Shown here in pieces: positions 20,723-31,092 of a stretch of 64,000 nucleotides of DNA; within the stretch, counting starts at the first letter, position 1; every line of letters starts with the position of its first letter. Source of the stretch: Alistipes sp. (GTDB lineage: Bacteria; Bacteroidota; Bacteroidia; Bacteroidales; Rikenellaceae); contig JAFTOU010000004.1 of the NCBI GenBank assembly GCA_017463615.1, positions 29,319 to 93,318 of the forward strand, in the 5' to 3' direction. Below the pieces are notes generated by a model. The model was not told the DNA's origin. It worked only from the letters and a program-made list of their open reading frames with translations, and did not search any database. A program made the translations under genes and the position numbers.

Positions 20723-22438
20723 ATGAAACAATTTATTGTAATACTCTCTATCGCGCTCATTACGCTATCCTGTAATAGGGATGGCGTAATTGAGGCGGAG
20801 GGTGGTGTGCCACAAATTGAGCTTGGCGAGCAGGCGGGCGTGTATGCCGTGAAGGTGGGCGAGCAGGTGGAGATTGCTCCGCAATATATCAATGCCGACA
20901 GCAATACGGTATACAGCTGGAGCATTGATGGCGTGCGCGTGGCGACGACGCCTGTCTACACATTTACAGCTCAGAGTGCCGGCGAGGTATTTATACTGCT
21001 GGAGGTGGCAAATAGTTATGGCTCTGATAGTGAGGAGTTTAGAGTTGATGTAGCAGATTTGGAAATCCCGACGGTAACCATCACAGCGGCGGAGCAGATG
21101 ACTCTTGCCGTAGGCTCTACATACCACTTTAGGGCCTCGGCGAAGCAGACCTCGCTGCCCACAACGCTACGCTGGTTGCTCGGTAGTGAGCAGGTGGCAG
21201 AGGGCTTTGGTTACATCTTTGAGGCTACAGCAGCGGGGCATTACACCCTGACTGTGACGGCAGTAAACAGCGATGGCGAGCATAGCGATAGCGTTGAGAT
21301 TGAGGTACTTGCGGCGGAGGATATGCCATTTGTCTGGGAGTTTGCCAGCACAAATCTCTCGGCCGTTGTTGGGCGCGAGATGTTGATAGAGCCGACAGAG
21401 TGCAGCGACCCTGAGGGGGTTACATACTACTGGCAGTCGGAGAATCAGCCGACAGATATAAGCCGAGAGGCGCGCTACACATACACGCCGCAGAGCCGCG
21501 GAAGGCATACGATAAAGGCGACAGCCTCCACGCTTCGTGGCGGGGAGACGATGGTGGTAAGCAAGCTCTTCACCATTGATGTCTACGAGGAGGGGGAGTT
21601 TCTCCGTCCCGAGACTCAGGCGAGCGTTGCCAACTGCAACAAGGTATACGACTTCACCCCAGCGCCGGGTCAGTTTATAAACGAGAACTACACCGCCACA
21701 ACCCCCGTAGAGGCGTGCGCCGTAGCCCTTGAGCGTATGCAGGCGGGCACTTATGTCAGCCTCGGCGGCTTTGGTGGCTACATCGTCGTAGGCTTTGACC
21801 ACAGCGTGCAGAATGGCGAGGGGTATGACTTTGCTGTGGATGGCAACTCGTTCAACTCCTCCTCAGAGCCAGGCATAGTGTGGGTTATGCAGGATGAGAA
21901 TGGCGACGGTATGCCAAACGACACCTGGTACGAGCTTGCGGGCAGCGAGACGGGCAAGGAGACGACAATTCGTGGTTACGAGGTGACCTACTTCCGCCCC
22001 TCTGGTGCGGGTATGAGTGTGCAGTGGGTAGATAACCTCGGGCAGAGTGGCGAGGTGGCATATCTTGCCTCCTACCACAAGCAGGAGTACTACTACCCTG
22101 AGTGGATAACTGCCGAGAGCTACACCCTGCGAGGTACACGCCTTGAGGCGCGAAACTACGACAAGTATGGCAATGGCGCGATGTGGATTCAGCCGCCATA
22201 CGACTGGGGCTATGCCGACAACTACTCCTCTGTAGACCGTCTGGCGGAGGGCGAGGGGTCGGACAACAAGGCTATGCCTAATGGTTTTGATATCTCCAAG
22301 GCTATAGACCACAGCGGCAAGAGCATTGAGCTCAAGTTTATAGATTTTGTCAAGGTGCAGACCGCCTGCAACACAAGCAGTGGCTGGTTGGGCGAGAACT
22401 CTACCGAGGTATTCGGCATCTACGACATACAACAGTAG
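20723..22438 (+). CDS. btuH: PKD-domain surface lipoprotein with BtuH-like cobalamin-binding domain
   Basis: Lipobox ITLS-C; PKD/Ig-like repeats; PAPGQFIN, YVSLGGFGGYIVVGFDH, GNSF..SSEPGIVWV..DENGDG.PND.WYEL, WGYADN motifs. Confidence 0.75.
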   Translation: MKQFIVILSIALITLSCNRDGVIEAEGGVPQIELGEQAGVYAVKVGEQVEIAPQYINADSNTVYSWSIDGVRVATTPVYTFTAQSAGEVFILLEVANSYGSDSEEFRVDVADLEIPTVTITAAEQMTLAVGSTYHFRASAKQTSLPTTLRWLLGSEQVAEGFGYIFEATAAGHYTLTVTAVNSDGEHSDSVEIEVLAAEDMPFVWEFASTNLSAVVGREMLIEPTECSDPEGVTYYWQSENQPTDISREARYTYTPQSRGRHTIKATASTLRGGETMVVSKLFTIDVYEEGEFLRPETQASVANCNKVYDFTPAPGQFINENYTATTPVEACAVALERMQAGTYVSLGGFGGYIVVGFDHSVQNGEGYDFAVDGNSFNSSSEPGIVWVMQDENGDGMPNDTWYELAGSETGKETTIRGYEVTYFRPSGAGMSVQWVDNLGQSGEVAYLASYHKQEYYYPEWITAESYTLRGTRLEARNYDKYGNGAMWIQPPYDWGYADNYSSVDRLAEGEGSDNKAMPNGFDISKAIDHSGKSIELKFIDFVKVQTACNTSSGWLGENSTEVFGIYDIQQ

Positions 22439-22449
22439 CATATTGTATT

Positions 22450-23529
22450 ATGAGCAGCCTACGACACAACATACAATTGGTTGTTGCCATAATGGTACTC
22501 CTGCTTACGACCGCAACGGGTTGTATGCGCTGGGAGTATGGTACTATGGAGGAGTTTAGGGTTACCGAGTCGGGGCTGCTTATCTGCAATGAGGGCAACT
22601 TCCAGTATGGAAATGCTTCGCTATCCTACTACGACCCAGAGACGAAAAGCGTTGAGAATGAGCTCTTCTACCGCGCCAACGGTATGAAGCTGGGCGATGT
22701 GGCGCAGAGCATGGTTATCCGCAACGGCGTGGGGTGGATAGTGGTAAATAATTCGCATGTTATCTTCGCCATAGATATGGAGACCTTCCGCGAGGTTGGG
22801 CGAATAACGAACCTCACCTCGCCGCGATATATCCACTTTATCTCCGACACCAAGGCCTATGTGACCCAAATCTGGGACAACCGAATTTTTATCGTAAACC
22901 CCAAGACATACACCGTTACGGGGCATATCACCTGCCCGAATATGACCATGGAGAGTGGCTCTACCGAGCAGATGGTGCAGCTGGGCGACTATCTATATGT
23001 GAACTGCTGGTCGTACCAAAATCGTATTCTGAAGATTGACACCCGCACAGATACCATCGTAGACTCGCTCACCGTGGGCATACAGCCTACATCGTTGGTT
23101 ATGGACTGCAACAACAAGCTCTGGACAGTCACCGACGGCGGATATGCGGGCTCGCCATACGGCTATGAGGCGCCGTCGCTCTACTGCATTGATGCAGAGA
23201 GCTTTACCATAGAGAAGCAATTTCTCTTTAAGTTGGGCGATGCCCCTTCGGAGGTGCAGCTCAATGGCGACAAAAATACCCTCTACTGGATAAACGACGA
23301 CATCTGGGCGATGGATGTTACGGCCGACCGCGTGCCTGTGCGACCGATAGTGGAGTCGCGAGGCACGAAGTTCTACGGCCTTACCGTAAGCCCGACAAAT
23401 GGCGATATATATGTTGCCGATGCGATAGACTATCAGCAGCAGGGCATTGTCTACCGATATACAGCTGCGGGGGAGTTGGTAGATGAGTTTTATGTGGGTA
23501 TTATCCCCGGTGCATTCTGTTGGAAATGA
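22450..23529 (+). CDS. btuG: BtuG-like beta-propeller cobalamin-binding lipoprotein (YncE family)
   Basis: Lipobox TATG-C; NEGNFQYGNASLSYYD, LGDVAQSM, SPRYIHF, YVADAIDYQQQG motifs; directly upstream of btuB. Confidence 0.85.
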   Translation: MSSLRHNIQLVVAIMVLLLTTATGCMRWEYGTMEEFRVTESGLLICNEGNFQYGNASLSYYDPETKSVENELFYRANGMKLGDVAQSMVIRNGVGWIVVNNSHVIFAIDMETFREVGRITNLTSPRYIHFISDTKAYVTQIWDNRIFIVNPKTYTVTGHITCPNMTMESGSTEQMVQLGDYLYVNCWSYQNRILKIDTRTDTIVDSLTVGIQPTSLVMDCNNKLWTVTDGGYAGSPYGYEAPSLYCIDAESFTIEKQFLFKLGDAPSEVQLNGDKNTLYWINDDIWAMDVTADRVPVRPIVESRGTKFYGLTVSPTNGDIYVADAIDYQQQGIVYRYTAAGELVDEFYVGIIPGAFCWK

Positions 23530-25553
23530 GGCGATTAGTGGTCATACTTGCACTTCTGTTTGTCGTGGTTGCAGCTACGGCAGAGGAGCGCACTGTGGCT
23601 ATACGCGAGGTGACCGTTCTGGGGCATCGTCCGATGAAGGAGATAGGCGTGCAGCAGACCAAGTTGGACTCTGTGACGCTGAAGGAGAATGTCGCCCTCT
23701 CGCTTGCTGATGTGCTGAGCTTCAACAGCTCAATATTTGTCAAGAGCTACGGTCGTGCGACCCTCTCAACGGTCTCATTCAGAGGTACTTCCCCCTCGCA
23801 TACGCAGGTGTCGTGGAACGGCATGAAGATAAACAACCCGATGCTCGGCATGACCGACTTCTCGATGATTCCCTCCTACTTTATTGACGACGCCTCGCTG
23901 CTGGCGGGCACCTCGTCGGTGAACGAGTCGGGCGGAGGTTTAGGCGGAGCAGTAAAGCTCTCAACGCGCCCAGCGGAGAATCGCGGCTTTGGGCTTCAGT
24001 TTATACAGGGTGTGGGGTCGTTTAAGACCTTTGACGAGTTTCTGCGTCTGACATACGGCTCGGAGCGCTGGCAGGTATCTACCCGCGCGGTATATATGTG
24101 TTCGGCAAATGACTACAAGTATCGCAACCACGACAAGAAGGAGAACATCTATGACGAGGAGATGAACATCGTGGGGCAGTACTTCCCCATAGAGCGCAAC
24201 CGCAGCGGAGCATACCGCGACCTGCATATTCTTCAGGAGGTGTACTACAACACCCTGCGTGGCGACCGATTCTCGCTAAATGCTTGGTACATAGGCTCTA
24301 ACCGCGAGTTGGCGATGCTGACGACAGACTATGGCGAGGGTACAGACTTTGACAACCGTCAGCGCGAGCAGACCCTGCGTGCCGTGTTGGGCTGGGACCA
24401 CCTGCGTAGCAACTGGCGCACGGGCGTGAAGGCGGGGTATATCTACTCGTGGATGGCGTATGACTACAAGCGCGACCCGGGCAATGGCATTATGACCTCC
24501 ATGACCCGCTCGCGCAGCAACATAAACACCCTCTACCTGCAGGGCGATGGCGAGTATCACCTCTCGGACAAGTGGCTCTTTACTGCCAACATCGCTGCCT
24601 ATCAGCACTTTGTGCTCAGCCGCGACAAGAACATCATCCTCCAGCAGGGCGGTACGGGCATTGTCGGCTATGACAAGGCGCGAGTGGAGTTGTCGGGCGT
24701 GGTGAGTGCCAAGTATCGCCCCATAGAGCGGTTTGGCGTGGCGCTGACGCTGCGCGAGGAGATGTTTGGCAACGAGTTTACGCCACTCATCCCCGCACTA
24801 TTTCTTGATGGCGTGCTCTCCAAGCGTGGCAGCGTGATACTCAAGGCCTCCGTATCGCGCAACTACCGCTTCCCGACCCTTAACGATAGGTACTTCCTGC
24901 CAGGCGGTAACCCCGACCTGCGCCCCGAGAGCGGCTTTACATACGATGCAGAGCTGAGCTTCAAGGTGGGCAAGGCGGAGCGATACTCCCTATCGGGCTC
25001 GGCAGCGTGGTTTGAGAGCTACATAGACGACTGGATTCAGTGGCTGCCAACGACAAAGGGCTTCTTCTCGCCTCGCAATGTAAAGCGAGTACATAGCTAC
25101 GGAGTAAACCTCAAGGCGAACCTTACGGTAGACATAACCAAAGATTGGAAACTGGCGTTAGACGGCACCTTCGCATGGACGCCGTCAATAAATATCGGCG
25201 AGAAAATCTCTGCGGGCGACCAGTCCGTGGGTAAGCAGCTGCCCTATGTGCCACGACTGACATCCAATGTCGTCGGCCGCCTGAGCTACCGCAGCTGGGC
25301 ATTCCTCTACAAGTGGTGCTACTACAGCACCCGCTACACCATGTCCAGCAACGACATATCCCTCTCAGGCACCCTCCCACCATACTTTATGAGCAACATC
25401 TCCCTGGAAAAGAGCTTCGACTTCCGCTGGGCAGACCTCTCCCTGAAAGGTACTATCAACAACCTCTTCAACGAAGAGTACCTCTCCGTCCTCGCCCGCC
25501 CTATGCCCGGCATCAACTTTGAACTCTTCCTCAGCATCCGCCCGAAGTGGTAG
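23526..25553 (+). CDS. btuB: TonB-dependent cobalamin receptor
   Basis: Signal peptide; plug motif LATVSFRGTSPSHTQVSWNG-like (RATLSTVSFRGTSPSHTQVSWNGM); PGGNPDLRPE; ATGA overlap with btuG; under a B12 riboswitch. Confidence 0.85.
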   Translation: MRRLVVILALLFVVVAATAEERTVAIREVTVLGHRPMKEIGVQQTKLDSVTLKENVALSLADVLSFNSSIFVKSYGRATLSTVSFRGTSPSHTQVSWNGMKINNPMLGMTDFSMIPSYFIDDASLLAGTSSVNESGGGLGGAVKLSTRPAENRGFGLQFIQGVGSFKTFDEFLRLTYGSERWQVSTRAVYMCSANDYKYRNHDKKENIYDEEMNIVGQYFPIERNRSGAYRDLHILQEVYYNTLRGDRFSLNAWYIGSNRELAMLTTDYGEGTDFDNRQREQTLRAVLGWDHLRSNWRTGVKAGYIYSWMAYDYKRDPGNGIMTSMTRSRSNINTLYLQGDGEYHLSDKWLFTANIAAYQHFVLSRDKNIILQQGGTGIVGYDKARVELSGVVSAKYRPIERFGVALTLREEMFGNEFTPLIPALFLDGVLSKRGSVILKASVSRNYRFPTLNDRYFLPGGNPDLRPESGFTYDAELSFKVGKAERYSLSGSAAWFESYIDDWIQWLPTTKGFFSPRNVKRVHSYGVNLKANLTVDITKDWKLALDGTFAWTPSINIGEKISAGDQSVGKQLPYVPRLTSNVVGRLSYRSWAFLYKWCYYSTRYTMSSNDISLSGTLPPYFMSNISLEKSFDFRWADLSLKGTINNLFNEEYLSVLARPMPGINFELFLSIRPKW

Positions 25554-25554
25554 G

Positions 25555-25840
25555 CTACGCAGTACGGCTACGCAGTACTGCCCCTTTTTGAAAAAAGCGG
25601 CACCAAAAACTTTTGGAGAAACTTCGTTTCTCTTCTATGCGCTGCGGATTTAGGATAACTGAAGTTATTGAAACAAAAAATAGCCACCTTCGGTTTCAAG
25701 CGAGCTTGACCTTGGATGGCTATTTTTCATTTCACTGCCTTCGGCAGCTGTCCTAAATCCGAATAGAAATCAACTCTCGTCGCGTAGCGACACCGCTGAA
25801 AAAGCCAATGGCTAATGGCCAACGGCTAACGGCTAACAGT
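25555..25840. repeat. Composite nested palindromes plus heptamer array between btuB and the tRNA
   Basis: gcagtac-ggctacgca-gtactgc hairpin; ggatttaggataactg...cagctgtcctaaatcc enclosing aaaaatagcca...tggctattttt; gtcgc-gta-gcgac; gccaatggctaatggccaacggctaacggctaacag. Confidence 0.65.
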
Positions 25841-25877
25841 CAACAGAGGAGAAGCAAAACCTGCTTCTCCTCTGTTG
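25841..25877. terminator. Perfect hairpin just 3' of tRNA-Thr (terminator or processing stem)
   Basis: caacagaggagaagca-aaacc-tgcttctcctctgttg. Confidence 0.65.
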
Positions 25878-25880
25878 CTG

Positions 25881-25952
25881 AGCTGAATCCGGGACTTGAA
25901 CCCGGGACCCCTTCATTACGAGTGAAGTGCTCTACCACTGAGCTAATTCAGC
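25881..25952 (-). tRNA. tRNA-Thr(CGT)
   Basis: Reverse complement is GCTGAATTAGCTCAGTGGTAGAGCACTTCACTCGTAATGAAGGGGTCCCGGGTTCAAGTCCCGGATTCAGCT; acceptor stem GCTGAAT/ATTCAGC, anticodon loop CTCGTAA, GGTTCAA T-loop; CCA not encoded. Confidence 0.96.
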
Positions 25953-26048
25953 ATTTGTGAGGCAAATATCGTAAAAATTTTCTTTGGATGTGCATTTTCA
26001 GCTACTTTTTTTGTACCTTCGCATAGATAAACCTAAAAAACCATAACT

Positions 26049-27470
26049 ATGTTAACCTTTATTATCTGCTTAGTGCTTCTGGTGGTGGCATATTTTACAT
26101 ACGGCCGCTACTTGGACAAGGTGTGTAAGATTGACCCTAAGGCGTCGGTGCCAAGTGATCGCCTATACGACGGTGTGGACTATGTTCCGATGCCGCGCTG
26201 GAGAACTTTTCTCATTCAGCTGCTAAATATTGCCGGTACGGGACCTATCTTTGGTGCGATACTGGGTGCGTGCTATGGCCCTGTGGCGTTCCTCTGGATT
26301 ACCATTGGTGGTATATTTATGGGTGCGATGCACGACTTTATCTCGGGTGTGATTCTTGTCCGCAACGACGGTCTGAGCATTACCGAGATTGTGGCGCGCT
26401 ACCTTGGCAAGGGCGCGGGAGCGTTTATGCGCGTATTCTCGGTAATTCTGCTGCTGCTGGTGGGTGTTGTCTTTGTGGTTAGCCCTGCAGATATTCTGTC
26501 TACGAAGTTTGAGTTTATATCTCGCAGCTGGTGGTTGGCGATTATCATCGTCTACTACTTCATCGCTACGCTGCTACCTATTGACAAGCTGATTGGCAAG
26601 ATATATCCGCTCTTTGGTGCAGCGCTGGTATTTATGGCTGTGGGTCTGCTGGGCGTGCTGCTCTTTGGCGACTACACCATCCCTGCGATGACCCTTGAGA
26701 ATCTGCATATCAACAAGGCTAACCTGCCGCTGGTGCCGACCCTCTTTATCACAATTGCCTGCGGAGCTATTTCGGGCTTCCACGCAACTCAGTCGCCACT
26801 TATGGCACGCTGTGTGAACAACGAGGGTGAGTGTCGTATGGTATTCTACGGCGCGATGATTTCCGAGTCGGTTATCGCTCTGATTTGGGCGGCGATATCT
26901 ATGGCGTTCTTCTACGAGGATGGTGGCGTGTCGGCAGTTATGGCTACACATACTCCTGCGTGGGCAGTGAACGAGATTTCTAACACCACGCTGGGTATTG
27001 TGGGTGGTATTCTGGCAATTCTGGGCGTTGTGGCAGCACCTATTACCTCGGGCGATACAGCCTTCCGCTCGGCACGACTTATCATTGCCGATGTGTTCCA
27101 TATTGAGCAGCGCACAAAGTGGAAGAGATTGGTTATCTGCATTCCGCTCTTGACCATAGGTATCATCCTCACATTTGTGGACTTTGATGTGGTTTGGCGC
27201 TACTTCGCCTGGACAAATCAGGCGCTGGCGACCGTGGTGCTCTGGTGCATTGTGGTCTACCTGAACCTCAATAAGCGCAATATATGGGTTGCACTGCCTC
27301 CTGCAGTATTTATGACCTATATCTGCTCGTCATTCGTATTTGTCTCTAACCAGTTTGTGGGCATGGGCTCCACGGCGCTGGCATACGCGCTCGGTGGCGT
27401 GCTGACCGTTCTGCTTACGGCTCTGATGTGCTACAAGCTGCGCAAGGATAGAAAAACTCTGCTGGTATAG
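26049..27470 (+). CDS. cstA: Carbon starvation protein A (CstA) family transporter
   Basis: DGVDYVPM, IAGTGPIFG, LFITIACGAISGFHATQ, APITSGDTAFRSARL motifs; polytopic membrane protein. Confidence 0.9.
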   Translation: MLTFIICLVLLVVAYFTYGRYLDKVCKIDPKASVPSDRLYDGVDYVPMPRWRTFLIQLLNIAGTGPIFGAILGACYGPVAFLWITIGGIFMGAMHDFISGVILVRNDGLSITEIVARYLGKGAGAFMRVFSVILLLLVGVVFVVSPADILSTKFEFISRSWWLAIIIVYYFIATLLPIDKLIGKIYPLFGAALVFMAVGLLGVLLFGDYTIPAMTLENLHINKANLPLVPTLFITIACGAISGFHATQSPLMARCVNNEGECRMVFYGAMISESVIALIWAAISMAFFYEDGGVSAVMATHTPAWAVNEISNTTLGIVGGILAILGVVAAPITSGDTAFRSARLIIADVFHIEQRTKWKRLVICIPLLTIGIILTFVDFDVVWRYFAWTNQALATVVLWCIVVYLNLNKRNIWVALPPAVFMTYICSSFVFVSNQFVGMGSTALAYALGGVLTVLLTALMCYKLRKDRKTLLV

Positions 27471-29285
27471 ATGGTGCTAAATACGCTCTATATCCTGCTA
27501 CTTTTTGCCGCGGTGGTGCTGCTCTCGGCTCTCCAGAAGCCTATCTTTATGCTCTGGTATGCCGAGCAGTGCTCGGAGGCTTCGGCGGCAGAGTTGTGGG
27601 GCGTGGTGGAGCACGGACTGAGCCTTGACGCCACTATGGCGGGCTATATCTGTGCGCTGCCGGTGCTGTTTCTGCTGCTCTCAACGCTCTTCCCGCATAT
27701 ATTTTGGCGGAGAGCTACGCAATATTGGCTCTATGTGGCGGCGACGGTTGTCGCTGTGAGCTTCTCGGTAAACCTCGGACTCTATGAGTTCTGGGGTTTT
27801 CCGCTTGATGGCTCTATTATGCAGTACCTTGCAACGCCACGCGAGGCTATGGCGAGCGTTACGCCGCAAATGTTTGTAGTTCAGACGGTTGTGGCGGTTG
27901 TCTACAGCGCTGTGATGGTGCTCCTCTGCAGGCAGATAGTGAGAATTTACAACCCTACGCTGCACCTTAAATGGGGCAGAAGGTTAATCTACTCGCTCTT
28001 TGTGCTGTTGCTTGCGGGGCTTGACTTTCTGGCTATTCGCGGTGGCGTGACTACGGCGGTGGCGAATGTGAGCAAGGTATACTTCAGCGACAAGATTATA
28101 CTCAACCACGCGGCGGTAAATCCGACATTCTCCTTTATCTCCTCCCTCTCTGCGGGCGAGGATTTGAGCCGCTATGACTACTTTGAGAGCGAGGCATGCG
28201 CTGCTCAGTTTGAGGCGCTGAAGCCTAAGACAGCCGCGACGGAGAGCCTGCTGACAACTTCGCGCCCGAATATTGTGATGATTATCGCCGAGAGTTTCGG
28301 TCGCTCAACGATAGACGAGCATGTGGCTGGCGAGTCCGTAGCGCCTAATATTCAGCGACTTAAGGGCGAGGGTGTGTGGTTTGAGAATATGATTGCCTCC
28401 TCGTTCCGCACCGACCGCGGTGTGCTCGCTACGCTGAGTGGCTTCTGCGCTCAGCCGACGATGTCTATTATGAAAGAGGCGCAGAGGGCGTCACGACTGC
28501 CCTCTATAGCGGGGTCGTTGCGCGAGGTGGGGTACAGGACATCGTATATCCACGGCGGGGACTTGAACTTTACCGATATGGCGTCGTATCTCTACGCTAC
28601 GGGCTTTGATAAGTTGGTGGCATACAAGGATTTACACTTTGACGCGCCGACATCTAAGTGGGGTTATGCCGACGATGTGCTTGCCGACTATTTCGTAGAT
28701 TTTATCAACCAGCAGGGTGGCGAGGCTCCATATTTTACCGTATGGCAGACCCTCTCCAGCCATGAGCCATTTGATGTTCCGACGGCGGTGTTTGAGGATA
28801 AGATGCTCAGCTCTATGCACTTTGCCGACAGCTGCATCAACAGCGTGGTGGAGGCGCTCAGGCAGAGCGAGAGCTGGGACAACACCCTTGTGGTCATCAT
28901 TGCCGACCACGCCTACCTCTACCCGTACGGTATCAGCGCAAGTGCTGTGGAGCGCCACCGCATACCGATGCTCTGGCTTGGCGGGGCGGTGAAGGAGCCG
29001 AGGGTGGTGGATGCCTACTGCTCGCAGAGCGACTTGGCAGCTACGCTGCTGCAACAGTTGGGCGTAGACCATAGTCAGTTTACCCTTAGTCGCGACATTT
29101 TCGCCGCTGATTATCAGTCATTTGGCTACTATACATTCAACAATGGCTTCGGCGTGGTGGATAGCCTCAGTACGACCATCTACGACTGCACCACCGAGAG
29201 CGTTATTACTGGCGAGGGTGGCAGTCAGGAGCAGATTGGCAAGACAATGTTACAGACGACATATAATATTATCAAGGAGTTATGA
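27471..29285 (+). CDS. LTA synthase family / sulfatase-like membrane protein
   Basis: N-terminal TM helices, FLAIRGG, PNIVMIIAESF, FRTDRG, TLSSHEPF, IIADHA motifs. Confidence 0.82.
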   Translation: MVLNTLYILLLFAAVVLLSALQKPIFMLWYAEQCSEASAAELWGVVEHGLSLDATMAGYICALPVLFLLLSTLFPHIFWRRATQYWLYVAATVVAVSFSVNLGLYEFWGFPLDGSIMQYLATPREAMASVTPQMFVVQTVVAVVYSAVMVLLCRQIVRIYNPTLHLKWGRRLIYSLFVLLLAGLDFLAIRGGVTTAVANVSKVYFSDKIILNHAAVNPTFSFISSLSAGEDLSRYDYFESEACAAQFEALKPKTAATESLLTTSRPNIVMIIAESFGRSTIDEHVAGESVAPNIQRLKGEGVWFENMIASSFRTDRGVLATLSGFCAQPTMSIMKEAQRASRLPSIAGSLREVGYRTSYIHGGDLNFTDMASYLYATGFDKLVAYKDLHFDAPTSKWGYADDVLADYFVDFINQQGGEAPYFTVWQTLSSHEPFDVPTAVFEDKMLSSMHFADSCINSVVEALRQSESWDNTLVVIIADHAYLYPYGISASAVERHRIPMLWLGGAVKEPRVVDAYCSQSDLAATLLQQLGVDHSQFTLSRDIFAADYQSFGYYTFNNGFGVVDSLSTTIYDCTTESVITGEGGSQEQIGKTMLQTTYNIIKEL

Positions 29286-29983
29286 AACCTTTTTTAGAGC
29301 TGCAACCGACAGCAAATCAGACATTTAGACTTATAGGCAACGGCGCTCGCGGAAACCTTGCTGCCAGACTTGAGAACTCCTACAAGCGTGAGCAGGAGGG
29401 TGACTACGAGGCGGCGTGCATTATGCGATATGAGGCGTTTGAGGATATTTTAGCAACCTTCCCCGATGACGAGGAGAGCATCGTAGAGCTTGACCGCAAC
29501 CACCCCAACAGCCTTGCGGCGATGGAGATTATGCACTCCTCGGCGGTAGATTTCTACCTTGCTGGCGAGGGCGAGATGGCTGCGGCGCAGCTTGAGTTGC
29601 TGCTTGACTGCGACAGCGAGGACCCATTAGAGGCGACCCCTACGCTTGCGCTCTGCTATGCAATGTGTGGCGAGTGGGAGGATCTGGAGGCGATAGATAC
29701 CGACTTGGGCGAGAAGACAGCCTTGCGTCCGCTGCTGCGTGCGTTGCATCAGTATGTTAAGGGTGGTAAGATTGAGGCTACGACGGTGGCGGAGCTTGCC
29801 CGCTTCAAGGAGTTTGCTGCTGAGCTTAAAAAGGAGGAGCACAATGCCGACGAGAGATACTCGCAGGATATCCACTCCGACCGCCCATCCCGCAATGCCC
29901 TTGCCCTGCAACTATACCTACAGGCGGAGCGGGCGCTTGCGACATACCCCGAGTTCCTAAAGGCGCTTAGGGAGCTGTTATAA
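29282..29983 (+). CDS. Hypothetical alpha-helical (TPR-like) protein
   Basis: Helical acidic protein with LLDCDSEDPLEA..LALCY; ATGA-coupled to the upstream gene. Confidence 0.5.
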   Translation: MKPFLELQPTANQTFRLIGNGARGNLAARLENSYKREQEGDYEAACIMRYEAFEDILATFPDDEESIVELDRNHPNSLAAMEIMHSSAVDFYLAGEGEMAAAQLELLLDCDSEDPLEATPTLALCYAMCGEWEDLEAIDTDLGEKTALRPLLRALHQYVKGGKIEATTVAELARFKEFAAELKKEEHNADERYSQDIHSDRPSRNALALQLYLQAERALATYPEFLKALRELL

Positions 29984-29986
29984 AAT

Positions 29987-30018
29987 AAAAAGGAGAGATT
30001 TGTAATCTCTCCTTTTTT
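29987..30018. terminator. Bidirectional intrinsic terminator
   Basis: aaaaaggagagatt-tgt-aatctctcctttttt between convergent genes. Confidence 0.8.
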
Positions 30019-30034
30019 GTTGAGTATCAGTTGT

Positions 30035-31021
30035 TTACAACCACTTCTTGTACTTGAAGAAGCCCATAGTAAGCAGCGAGGCGAGAATCATCAGACCCAG
30101 GGCGAAGATATATCCCACAGGGATGGTCATACCGTTCTCAAGGGTCCAAATCCACTCCAGCTCGGGCATAAACTTGAAGTTCATACCGTAGATACTTGCC
30201 ACAAGGGTTGCGGGCAGGAAGACCACGGCAGCGACGGAGAAGATCTTAACCACCTCGTTCTGCTCAATATTGATAAGACCCAGAGCCGCATCCTGGATAT
30301 AGTCCAGACGCTGGAAGGTGAAGTCCGTATGGCTAATCAGCGAGCTTACATCCTTAATCATCAGCTGCAGGCGTGGGTAGATATCGTTCGGGAAGCGCTC
30401 GGAGCGGTGTATGCCCGAGAGTACGCGCTGGCGGTCAAAGATATTCTCGCGCAGCACCATCGTACGCTCCTGCAGGGTGTTGATGCGCTGGATAACCTCC
30501 TTGTCGATGCTATCCTCGCGGTTGATATCCTTGCTCAGCGCCGATACCTGGCGACCGACCATCTCTACAAGGTCGGCGTCAAAGTCAATACGCACCTCAA
30601 GCAGCGAGATGAGGATATGGTAGCCGGTGGAGTAGTTGCGGTAGTTCATCTGTAGGCGCTTCTCCGCCTCGCGGAAGGTGCGCATATCTGCCTGACGCAC
30701 AGAGACTAACACACCCTCGTTAGAGAGCGTGAACGATACAGGCTCAACCTTGAATGAGTCGCCACCGACGGGAACGAAGAAGTTGCTATTGGAGATAATT
30801 GCGTTCTCCGACTCCGAGTACTTTGATGTAGACTCAATCTCCTCCACCTGCTGGCGGGTCTGGAGGTTTATCTCCATAAAGTTCTCTACGGCCTTCTGCT
30901 CCTTGATTGTGGGTTGCATCATATCAATCCACAAAATGTCGTCAAAACCCAAATCGTCAAACAGCTCTGTGTCGGCGTTTCGGATAATCTTGTTGTATTG
31001 CTTTAGATAGATTGTAATCAT
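30035..31021 (-). CDS. corA: CorA-family Mg2+/Co2+ transporter
   Basis: ASIYGMNF signature followed by MPEL and two C-terminal TM helices. Confidence 0.92.
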   Translation of the reverse strand: MITIYLKQYNKIIRNADTELFDDLGFDDILWIDMMQPTIKEQKAVENFMEINLQTRQQVEEIESTSKYSESENAIISNSNFFVPVGGDSFKVEPVSFTLSNEGVLVSVRQADMRTFREAEKRLQMNYRNYSTGYHILISLLEVRIDFDADLVEMVGRQVSALSKDINREDSIDKEVIQRINTLQERTMVLRENIFDRQRVLSGIHRSERFPNDIYPRLQLMIKDVSSLISHTDFTFQRLDYIQDAALGLINIEQNEVVKIFSVAAVVFLPATLVASIYGMNFKFMPELEWIWTLENGMTIPVGYIFALGLMILASLLTMGFFKYKKWL

Positions 31022-31092
31022 TGTTCTAGTCCTCTCTGTTTTTTGATTTGTAAGTTCATATTCCAGATTGGGCGGTCTCCCGCTTAACCCCT

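Noticed and set aside
19105-25952. btu locus as a tRNA-Thr-integrated genomic island
   Set aside because: No integrase, no duplicated tRNA 3' end seen, and host-like composition.
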